Positions 51,383-61,625 of a DNA stretch of 64,000 bases are shown in pieces. The notes beneath the pieces are model-generated. The model saw only the letters and a program-made list of their open reading frames with translations, searched no databases and had not been told where the DNA came from. Source of the DNA: Callorhinchus milii. Lineage: Eukaryota. Within the stretch, counting starts at the first letter, position 1. The number at the start of each line of letters is the position of its first letter. The DNA lies in contig NW_024704743.1 in the NCBI RefSeq assembly GCF_018977255.1, positions 17,362,001-17,426,000 on the forward strand. The letters are read 5' to 3'. The position numbers and the translations under genes are program-made.

Positions 51383-52191
51383 CTAAAGAGAATCCAATGT
51401 TTGCTATTATTAAAGGTAAAAGATTAACTACATTTACATTGCTTAGCAACCAGTAAAATACATTAACAAAATGTTTCACCAAAGAACACAATTATAAAGT
51501 TTCTAAATACTTTTGTTAAAGATGGTGTTCATGGGGAGTGACTAGCCAGATAGCAAAACAGTAACGTTTCTTTGAATTCAATGGTTTCCAAAGTGGAAAT
51601 AGAAATAGGAAATATTGATTCATTGTAGGATCATCAAAATATTATCTCCGACTCTCAAAACGCCTCAAGAAGATCATATTCTGTATTTTTTAAATATCCA
51701 GCTGAATATTCTCTCAAAGGAAATAGTTTGAAGCTTGGTTATGCCCATTTTTGGAAACCACAAGAAAGTTGTGCCGACTGGGGAAAATCTCAGGGCTCAT
51801 CCCTCGAGTAGGCTAAGCTAGACGGTCTCACTTTGGGTAAGATTAGTGTGTGTGGGGAGCAGAGGAGATGGGTGGCATGTTACAATAGCACCCAGAATTA
51901 AGGAAGTGAAAATCAGGCAGGGTTCCTGCTTCCGTTCACTATCCTATGATTCCAGCTGAAGGTGTGTTTAAGAGGTGTCAAGTGAGGGCAGAACTGGCAT
52001 TGGTTGATTGCACCCCAACCCTTTCTGTGGTGAAACACCCTGCGGAAAATCTCTACCAGGGTTCACAAATGAATGATGGCCGGGATTTCAAAGGTAACTG
52101 ATTCAATTGAAACTGCAATTGCACGAGAACGAAAAATGCGTCAGGAGAGAATAAAATTGGCAATGAAAGGGAGGGCAGAGAGGTCTCTTAC

Positions 52192-52249
52192 CAAAGTCAG
52201 TAGGCTGACCATTTCAATTTTCTTTTCTTTCTCCTCATCTTTCTTCTTT
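52192..52249 (-). CDS. ABCB1: ABCB1-type coding exon 2 (KKKDEEKEKKIEMVSLLTL)
   Basis: tttacag acceptor, gtaaga donor, 58 nt, phases consistent; Lys-rich N-terminus typical of P-gp. Confidence 0.85.
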
Positions 52250-53001
52250 CTGTAAATGAATAAAAAGACAATTAAATTTATTGACACTTTTGCGGCTTCA
52301 TTTACCCCCAAAATAACGTTGTTCTTTTGCTAGCAAGAAACAAAGGCAGTGTCAAAGGCTCAGAAAACAAATGTTAAAATAACACAAAATTGTGAACTTT
52401 ATCTTTTTTTATTTTACGATTATTCTTCTATATGGATTGTTCTTCAATTCAATCTTTTAGTATCATAACAAACTCTGGAAATATATAATTGTCCAAAATA
52501 AATAATAGCGAGATAGTATTTCTTTTCCATTGTTCGAAGGTACAGTTTTGCAAAGATGTACTTTTGATGGGAACAAGATGTTTCCATATAAAGTGAGGAG
52601 ATCATTGGATTCTATTTATACAACAAATACGATTTACACATATAGTGCCTTTCATGTTGGGAGGAGGTGTTAAATCACTTAACAATTCTGACTGGGCACT
52701 AAAGCTGAGGATGGGAGCCCAGAGGGTGAAGAGGGGAAAAGATGATCAAAAGTGGAGGAAGAGAGAGAGAGAGAGGGACCTGGGAATAGAAGCCCAGAGT
52801 GTAGGTGCCAAATGGCTGAAAGTCCTTCTGCCGATGATGGGGCAGATAGAACGAGGGAAGTGGAGTATGCTAGTGTCCAACAAATATTTAATTATTGCAG
52901 CATTTTTTCACAAGTGAAGATAGGAAATGTGCACAAAAACACACTTAGGTGATTTCATAATTCAGTTATTTCCTTAAGATTCTCCCTGTAGAATTTCTTA
53001 C

Positions 53002-53078
53002 CTCTTTTTGTTATGTTCAGTGTCAGTCGCACCATCTGCCTCCACACTGTGCTTTGTTGCCTTTGATTCCTTTGCCAT
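53002..53078 (-). CDS. ABCB1: P-glycoprotein (ABCB1/ABCB4-type) coding exon 1, start codon: MAKESKATKHSVEADGATDTEHNKK(R)
   Basis: Acceptor cag before 53087; CTA TAA GAG ATG G gives an in-frame stop just upstream and a strong Kozak context; donor AG|gtaaga; phase 2 matches the next exon. Confidence 0.8.
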
Positions 53079-53582
53079 CTCTTATAGCTGTGACAAAATA
53101 TGTAAGTGGAAAAGGTTAACGAACTTTAAATTTGAAGAAACAAGAAAATTGACATAGGAGATTCAATTTGTAACTTCACAGGTACAGCTTTACTTGAAGC
53201 AGCCATAACGTGCACCATGCACAACAACTGCTACATAAAATACAGTCTGCACTGCTGACTAAATCCACCAGTGCCTCTCAGGAGCTCTTCCTGTTATCAT
53301 CAAGGGCTGGATCTCCAGCGGGTAACTTTCAAGATGAGACTTTGAACCGAGATTTGCTTGTTTAGGTGGACATTAAATATCCTGTGACACTATTCGAAAA
53401 GAACAGAAAGTTTCTCCCTGTGTGATTAACCTCATGGTTGTTTGTGGGACGTTGCTGTGTTTAAATTGACTCCCATGTTACCCTACAAAATATACAATCA
53501 CTACAGTATCATGTAAAGTGCTTTGAGACATCCTTCCGACGTGAAAGACCCTATATCAAATGTAAGGATTATTATTATTTAA

Positions 53583-53920
53583 TTGGAGTCTTGTAGCTTA
53601 TTGGTCAGAGCACTCGCCTCACAAACGAGAGAACCTGGGTTTGATTCCTGGGCAGGGTGAAAACTAGGCAAGTTTCGTTATTCCAAACCCGTCTTTTTAC
53701 CTAGCAATAAGTTGTTTATTGATGTTTGTTTATCCGGGGTAATAATCCCTTAAAAAAAATTGGTCACTCAATCCACGACTGTGGGACACTGCTATATGCA
53801 ATTGGCTGCCGAGTTTTGCCCACAAATTATACAGTCACTTTAGAGTATATCCTGTGAAGCGATTTGAGATGTCTTAATGATGTGATGAGGCGGTATATGA
53901 AACGTAAGGATTATTATTAA
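53583..53920 (+). mobile_element. tRNA-derived SINE (young family) copy
   Basis: Head, body and tail similarity to the other copies. Confidence 0.8.
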
Positions 53921-54602
53921 AAAGAGATAGTCAGAGATTCTATTAAAGGCTTCCCTATCTTCAGAGGCTACAAGAAACAAAAATAAGTATGTTTACTCCC
54001 CCAACCCCCACCATGTTATATGCTGCTCATATGCTCTGAGTTGCTATTGTAAACACTTGATACTGATGTAAAATGTTATTGTAACTCACTGTACAGTAGC
54101 CATTGCTTAAGGCTGCTAAATTAATTTTCTTTTATGCATTTGTCTGATGTAAACCACTTTGCTGCAGACAAGTCGACTGTATTTACATCAACCACAGCTG
54201 CTTCCTGGAAACTGCAGAGGCTTTGCTACTGGTGCGGAATGCAGACACTGACACAATAAATGGTCTCCATATCCCTGAGCTGCTATCGTCATAATATATC
54301 CACTGAAGCCTCTCTTACCTCAGCATTTGACCAGGAGACTGAAAAATATAATAATAATCCTTGCATTTGATATAGTGCATTATCACATTGTTGAAACATC
54401 TCAGAGTGTTTCGCAGAATATATTGTATAGTGGATTGACTATATTTTGTGGGCGGTACACGGCAGCCAATTGCACACTGCTACAACAATAACAAATTACA
54501 TTTGGCATAACTCCTTTCACATTGGGGAAAGCAGTGTACCACAAACAGTCGTGGATTGAGGAATTGTTATTGCAGGAAAGCGATCTCCTAATCGACTAAT
54601 AA

Positions 54603-55118
54603 TCTTCTATACTAATAAAGACAAAATGTCTGTCTGTGTGTCTATCCGCCAAGACCTCAATAACCGATTGACAAAGAGACATGATTTATATCTCATCAAA
54701 AGGTCTTGCGTGGGGGAGCTTCGTGGGCATATGTATTTTCGGGGATGAGCTATATTAAAAAATATTTTAAAAATGCTTTCATTAAGCCGCCGAAAAGGTT
54801 TGCATGGTATTCTGCAACAAAGCAGTGACAGAAGTCACGGAGCCTTCTGGAGAGATCCTGGGTCTATATAGACAAAATGTCTATCGGTGTGTGCGTCAGT
54901 CTTTCTTCTGAGTCCTCCCAACAGGAGTCCTCCCAAAAGGATGGGTGGGCAAATATGTGAAGAAGCGATGTTAACAAGTTCAATAGCAATTTTCTTAATC
55001 TTAAGGGATAAAGATGCCTAAGAAGTGATGGTCAAGGATACATAAAAATGCCAGATTAAAGAGAAAATGCTGATTAAATTAAACTGGTTGCAAGCGTAGC
55101 TACATCGGGTACAGCTAG
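54603..55118 (+). mobile_element. Probable non-autonomous Helitron
   Basis: 5' TC (TCTTCTATACTAATAAA) after an A; 3' ...CGGGTACAGCTAG before a T; no TIR/TSD; 5' TGTC-repeat tract. Confidence 0.55.
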
Positions 55119-55641
55119 TAGGATAGAAATAGGGTAGAACCAAGCTAGAAACAACATTTCCAAATTGAGAAGCATTTTATGAAAAACAGCAAAATTGGCC
55201 ATTGGTTCGAGGCCACTTTAGATCCCTCAAAGCCCTGGAGACGTAAACGAACAAGAGCGATCATCTAAGGAACATCATGGACTCAGATCCACAGAATTAC
55301 TGAGGTGCTGACACATTCAATACACTGTAATAAAACTCGAAACAAGGTGTGGAATATAAAAATAATATATTGTGGAATAAAACTCAAACAAGATGTGGAA
55401 ACTCTTCACCGTGCTTAGGAGTATCCAAACAAAACTGAGAACTTCATACATCCCACCTACGCAGGGATATCCCAGAGATGAATTGTTGGAATGAAATGCG
55501 CGCTCTCTCCCTGGAAGGATGCATCCTGCTTATTTAATTCTGGAAAATATTAGGCAGAGGTTGGCAAGAACCAAGGCTTGGGGACCCCAGCGTGTGCGTT
55601 GGGGTACTTCTGGAGTCTAACCAGCTCAAACAGCATGTGCG

Positions 55642-55643
<2 letters not shown>

Positions 55644-55695
<52 letters not shown>
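55644..55695. repeat. (AAT)n microsatellite expanded from a SINE tail
   Basis: Direct observation; explains the poly-I and poly-Y ORFs. Confidence 0.95.
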
Positions 55696-55839
55696 CCTTG
55701 CATTTGATATAGCGCTTTTCACGTCGGGAGGACGTCCCAAAGCGCTTCACAGAATATACTGTAAAGTGAATTGACTGTATATTTGTGGGCGAAACAAATA
55801 ATAATAATAATAATAATAATAATAATCCTTGCATTTTAT

Positions 55840-56143
55840 AATAATCCTTGCATTTGATATAGCGCTTTTCACTTCTTCTAGACGTCTCAAAGCGCTTCAC
55901 AGAATATACTGTAAAGTGAATTGACTGTATATTTGTAGGCGAAATGCGGCAGCCAATTTGCACGCAGCAGTGTCCCACAGACAGTCACGGATTGAAGTGA
56001 CCAGTTTATTGTATTTTTTTTGAGGGATCATTATCAGGCGTGTGGAGTAAGGAAACCTGCCCAGGGTTTCACCCTGCCGGGAATCGAACCGAGGTCTCTC
56101 GCTTGAGAAGGCGAGTGCTCTAACCACTGAGCTACAGGATTCC
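55840..56143 (-). mobile_element. tRNA-derived SINE (young family), full-length copy
   Basis: Head with A-box TAGCTCAGTGG and B-box GGTTCGATTCC; L2-like tail ending (ATT)n; many copies in the window. Confidence 0.88.
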
Positions 56144-56828
56144 ATGTTAGGGTCTTATCATGTCTTCACTGTAAAGTGAATTTTGTGGGTGAAGCACGGC
56201 AGCCAATTTGTGCGCAGCAGTCGTAGATTGAAACACCCAATTTTTTATTTTTTGGGGTGATTTTTTTTAAGGGATTATTACTGCCCGAAAAGCGATCCGC
56301 CCATCGACTAACAACCGGGTCCCTATTTTACTGCTGGGTAAACACAGGCGTGCGGAGTAAGGAAACTTGCCCAGCGTTTCGCGCTGCCGGGAATCAAACC
56401 CAGGGCTCGTACCGCTGAGCTACAGGCTCCCACCCTTCTCCCCCACCCCCGCTCACCTCACCCCCACCCCCGCTCACCCCCAGGGGGACAGTCACCAGCA
56501 ACTCACTGCACACTGAGCAAGTGTGGGATTGAGCCCTCACTGGGATTTTGTTTCAGGGATTAAAAGAACAAGACAAGAAAGCCGGGGCTGGGGTTTTGGG
56601 TGGTCGGGGGGTGACCCCCGTATAAACAACTCACATTCCGTGGGGGGGGGGGGGGGGGTGACGGTGAGGAGTTTGGGATCAGGGCTTCCCCAGGATGAAA
56701 GATCCGAAGTGAGGAAGTGGTACGTTTGCTTTTTTTTAAAATTTCTCTCTCTCTCTCTTTACGCGGATCAGAGCGGAGATGTTCTGGGTCGGAAAGTATT
56801 GCAAAGATGGGAGTGAAATGAGACTTAC

Positions 56829-57120
56829 CCTGAGCTGGTCCTGGTCAGGGCTGGTCCTGGTCAGGGCTGGTCTGGGTCAGGGCTGGTCCCGGTCCGGGTC
56901 TGGGCTGGTCCTGGTCTGGTGCTGGTCAGGGCTGGTCCCGGTCCGGGTCTGGGCTGGCCCTGGTCTGGGCTGGTCCTGGTCCTGGTCCGGGTCAGGGCTG
57001 GTCTGGGTCTGGGCTGGTCCGGGTCAGGGCTGGTCCTGGTCCTGGTTCGGGTCTGGGAGCAGCAGAGGAGACTGACGCCAGGACTGTCAGAAGCTGCTGG
57101 ACAGACACTGACTGATGTGA
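56829..57120 (-). other. Candidate non-coding 5'UTR exon of the ABCB1-type gene (5' boundary uncertain)
   Basis: Canonical donor CAGG|gtaagt at 56828; the ATG exon has an acceptor, so an upstream exon is needed; GC-rich surroundings. Confidence 0.45.
56832..57056. repeat. Degenerate 6-bp-unit minisatellite (GGTCCT/GGTCTG/GGGCTG/GGTCAG units)
   Basis: Directly visible periodic array; explains the GPG/WS-rich ORFs. Confidence 0.9.
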
Positions 57121-57189
57121 CATAAACCGAGTCCAGGTCCTGAGTCCAGTTACTTTCTCACCGATTTTGCTTTCCAGTGGCCGAGATGA

Positions 57190-57520
57190 GAGGTGGTGGA
57201 GGGTGTGTGGGGGGTGTGGGGGTGGAGGGGGTGTGGGGTGTGTGGGGTGTTTGGGGGTGGAGGAGTGTGTGTGTGTGTGGGGGGGGGGGGGCTGGGAGAT
57301 GGCGTGTTTCGTGTGGAAACTGTGACTTGTTTGGAGTACTTTCTCTTCTTCTTTTTCTTCTCTCTTTATTTGTAGGTCGACGTCTGTCTCTCTCTCTCTC
57401 TCTCTCTGGATGAAGAGGAAATGACTTTCGCACTGAGTGTCAGCGCCAAGAGCTTGGCTCTCACTCCACCCTCGTGCGTGTGTGAGTAAGTAAGTGTGTG
57501 TGTGTGTGTGTGTGTGGTGC
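57190..57520. repeat. Low-complexity cluster: (GGGGTGT)n-like, (CT)n and (GT)n tracts
   Basis: Direct observation. Confidence 0.85.
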
Positions 57521-57997
57521 TGTGTGTTGTGTAACAGGCTGTGGTTTTGAGGAGTGACGTAGACATAATTCTGTATTAAAACCAATTTCAATCTCAAGAT
57601 CTTGACAGGATGAGACAAATCACTTCACACCCTGGCACCGCCCGGCTTCTCCCATTTGCTTACCCCAGCGCCTTTTAGGTCAACTTACTGACGTGAAAGG
57701 TGCTACTTACGCAAAGGTTGTGCGCTGTTGCTGTTGTTGTTGCTTACTCCTCCTCTACCCTCTACCTCCGCCTCCTGCTCGCTCGTCCCTTATCTCCTCC
57801 GCCCTCCACCTTTGGCGGTTGTGCTTTCAGCCTCTACGTCCCCCAAGAACTCTGCAACGTGCTGCCTCTGTGCCTCTGCCTTGCCACCACCACCCCCCCC
57901 TCTCCTCCTCGACCGTTTTCAGGTCGCACCTGAAGAATTTTCTCTTCGACCGTGTCTTCAGTCAACACCCCTCGCTCCCTGGCTCAGCGTCAAGCTG

Positions 57998-59937
57998 CTA
58001 TACTGCAAAAACGGCCTTCTACTCCAACATCATCTTGCAGGCTAAACACAACCCTAAAATCCTTTTTCCCCACCACCCACTACCTCCTCCGTGCCCCCCC
58101 TCAGGCCTCCTCAATCTTCATATCAAATGCCAAGTGCGAGGAGGCCATGGACTTCTTTTCATCTAAAATACATAACATCCGCCAGGCAATCTCATCCACC
58201 TGCCTCTTGTCTCCGACCACCACGCCCTCTCTGTGCCCCTCACCCTCCTCATCATCTGCTCCTACCACCACCCCCATTCTACATTCCTTCCTCCCCATCT
58301 CTCCCTCCTCCCTCTCACCCACCATCACCTCCATGAAACCCACCACCTGCTGCCTCGACCCCCTCCCCACCAACTTGCTGGTCACACAGCTCCCCCTCCT
58401 CTGCCCACTACTGGCTGACATCATCAACCAGTCCCTCTCCTCCGGATCAGTCCCTGCCCCCCTCAAAACTGCTGTCTTCACCCCCCTCCTGAAAAAACCC
58501 TCCCCAGATCCCTCAAATCCCAGCCATTACCGCCCTATTTCTAACCTGCCCTTCCTCTCAAAAGCTCTAGAACGGGTTGTTGCCAACCAACTTCGCCCAC
58601 ACCTCTCCTCCCACTCCCTCTTCGAACCCCTCCAGTCCGGTTTCCGCCCACAGTACAGAGACTGCGCTTGTGAAAGTCACAAACGACATCCTCTCTATCT
58701 GTGACCGGGGCTCCCTCTGCCTCCTTGTCCTCCTGGACCTCTCCACCGTGTTCGACACAGTCGATCACGCTATCCTCCTCCACCGCCTTTTCTCCGTCAT
58801 CCACCTCAGTGGGACCGCACTCACCTGGTTTGAGTCCTACCTCAAAAACCACCAGCAGTACATCTGCACAAATGGCTTCTCCTCCCGCTCTCACCCGGTC
58901 ACCTGCAGGGTAACCCAAGGATCCATCCTTGGCCCCATCCTCTTTCTGATCTATATGCTCCCTCTTGGGGATGTCATCCGCAGGTACATTCCCACATGTA
59001 TGTAGATGACACCCAACTCTACTTTTCCACCTCTCTTTGTGACCCCCAGTCCCCTGATGTTCTGTCAGCCTACCTGTCAGATCTCAGGGGCGGGATGAGC
59101 GCAAATTTCCTTCAGCTGAACATTGACAAGACGGAAGCCATGCCCTTTGGCTCTCATCAACGTTTAAAATCTCACAGTTCTCATCTCCTCCATCTACCCG
59201 ACCTCACCCTAAAACTCTCCAAACCCGTACGCAACCTAGGGATCAGGTTCGACCCTCAATTATCCTTCCTCCCCCACATCGGTCCCTCACCAGCACCGCT
59301 TTCTTCCACCTCCGATGAATCGCCCGTCTCCGTCAATACCTCTCTCCCAAAGCTGCTGAAACCCTAGTCCATGCCTTTGTCACCTCTTGGCTGGACTACT
59401 CTAACACCCTCCTCGCCGGTCTCCCATCCACTACCATCCATAAAATCCAAATCATTCAAAACTCTGCTGCCCGCATTCTCATCTGCACCAAACTCCGCTC
59501 CCCGATCACCCCAGTCCTTGCCAGACTGCATTGGCTCCCTATCCCAGAGAGGATCAACTTCAAGATCCTCACCCTTGTCTTCAAATCCCTCCACTCCTCT
59601 GCACCCCCCTACGTCTCTGACCTCTCTCCTCAAAACAGTACATGTCGTCTTCGTTCCTCCATGTCTGGCCTCCTCCTTGTCCCCCAAGTCCTCCGCTCCG
59701 CCCTCGGCGGCCGTGCCTTCAGCGACTATGCCCCAAGTCTGGCTCTGGAATTACCTTCCTCACTCCTTTGCCTCGCCCCCTCTCTTCCTATTTTCAGGTC
59801 TCTGCTGAAGACCTTTCTTTTCAACCGCGCCTTTGGTCACCTTCCTCCCCCCACCCCCGGCTCAGCCCCGGGATCCATTACTGTGAAGCGCTCTGAGGAG
59901 TGGAGGGCGCTATATAAATCCAAGTTGTTGTTGTTGT
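57998..59937 (+). mobile_element. L2-clade LINE, 5'-truncated copy of the same subfamily as 1-2990, with intact 3' tail (GTT)n
   Basis: HYRPISNLPFLSKALERVVANQL, QSGFRP, HSTETAL, LDLS..FDTVDH, YVDDTQLY; near-identical peptides to the 1-1490 ORFs on the opposite strand. Confidence 0.92.
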
Positions 59938-61089
59938 AAAGTGCTCCGAGACACTACCCTGTGTGCAGGGCGCTATATAAATGCAAGTTGTTGATTGTTC
60001 CATGTTATGCATGGTCACCTGGCGACTGCCAGATACGTGGCAAAATAATTAACTTTGACTGACAATTCTTGGATCGGAAAATAATTGCAATACACAGTAC
60101 GCACAGTGTGCCAATTTTTATAATATAATAATCCTTGCATTTGATATAGCGCCCTACCATGTCATTGAGACATCTCAAAGCGCTTCAGAGAATATATTGT
60201 AAAGTGGATTGACTGTATTTTTTGGGCGAAATGTGGTAGCCAATTGCGTACCACAATGTCCCACAAATGGTCTGGATTGTGTCACCAAATGTTTTTGGGT
60301 GGGATGATTGACCCCGGGAAGAGATCCGCCATGAACAACCGGGTTCCTACTTACTGCTAGGTAAACAGAGGCGTGTGGAGTAAGGAAACTTACCTAAAGT
60401 TTCGCCCCGCCTCTCGCATGTGTGTGGCGGTTATAGGATTCCATTTTTGTGTAAAGGTGTAATATACACATGATTTTGTGTTAAACCAAAATCTGCTCTC
60501 GAGGGAATTATTAATTTAGATGTTAAAAGAGACCAAGAAAAAAAGCAATAATAAATTGGTCACTTCAATCCACGACTGTTTGTGGAACACTGCTGTGCGC
60601 AATTGGCTGCCGCATTTCGCCCACAAATATACAGTCAATTCACTTTACGATATATTCTCTGCCGCTCCAGTCCACGAAGGATGACTGCTGTTGGTTGCAA
60701 ATGCCACTCGTAGGAGTGAATACAGAGAAGAGCCCTTTACCTACAACTGCAGGATCAAAAGAAGTTCCCCCACAAAGTATATAGTCATTTCACTTTACAG
60801 TATATTCTGTGAACCACTTTGAGACATCTCGAAGATGTAATAAGGCACTATATCAACTGCAAGGATTATTATTAGGATTATTATTATTATTAACTGTCTG
60901 GCAGGTTCAGGCTGGCACTGAAACAAGCCATCTGCTGCAGTGAGATCTGCACTGACAGTACAGCAGTAAAATATCATCTTATTGTCTCCTTCCAGGACCC
61001 TAAAGACCAGTTGCTGGCCAGTTCACACTCTGAACCCTGGTCTTAACTTGTGTGCTGTCAGGTGGATTCCCCGATATATTAATCAAAGC

Positions 61090-61625
61090 AGCAACCAACC
61101 TAGCGATAGGGTGATGGGGTCGTGGAGCCTTATGCGGGAGATGACACGGGCTGCAGAGTTCTGGATGATCTGCAGCCTATGGAGGGAGGAGTTGTGGAGC
61201 CCGTCAATCAGGGAGTTTGTGTGGTCAAGCCTGTGAATGCTGAGACAGTGGCGGAGCCGGGCGATGTTGGGAAGGTAGGGAAAGGTGGAGCGCGTCATGG
61301 CACGGATGTGGGGTATGAAGGAAGTCGAGGGTCAAACAGAACGATGAAGTTCCGTATTGGCTCTTTGAGATGTAGAGTACATCCATGGAGGGAGATGCTG
61401 CCAGCGCCCAAGGTATCGAGACACTGACAGAAGTCAAGCAGGAGAGCCTTGGTCTTGTTGACATTCAACTGCAGGAAGTTAGCTCTCATCCAGGACTTGA
61501 TATCTGTGAGGACATCAGTGGTTCTGGAGTCGAGGGTGAAGGCAGAGAGGAAGAGTTGAGTGTCATCTGCATACATGTGGAAGTTGACACCATGTCTGCG
61601 GATGATGTCACTAAGAGGAGTATAT
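61090..61625 (-). mobile_element. L2 LINE RT fragment
   Basis: [35 protein letters not shown]. Confidence 0.8.

Noticed and set aside
55534..55978. ORFs with poly-Ile, poly-Tyr and poly-Leu runs
   Set aside because: Translations of (AAT)n microsatellites in SINE tails.
56065..56143. tRNA-like sequence with A/B boxes (also near 13940-14009, 19790-19868, 47585-47659)
   Set aside because: It is always fused to the same SINE body and tail, the anticodon loop varies between copies, and there is no clean acceptor stem. These are SINE heads, not tRNA genes.
56832..57056. Regularly repeated array, considered as CRISPR-like or a collagen-like CDS
   Set aside because: 6-bp degenerate units with no unique spacers, no cas genes and a eukaryotic context; there is no sustained Gly-X-Y frame.
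56992..57618. 208-aa minus-strand ORF rich in His/Thr/Pro
   Set aside because: It is the translation of (CA)n, (GA)n and C-rich simple repeats, with no recognisable domain.
57952..59367. Several 120-250 aa ORFs with RT motifs, considered as a retron or other RT system or an active LINE
   Set aside because: They are frameshifted pieces of a 5'-truncated L2 ORF2 lacking the endonuclease.
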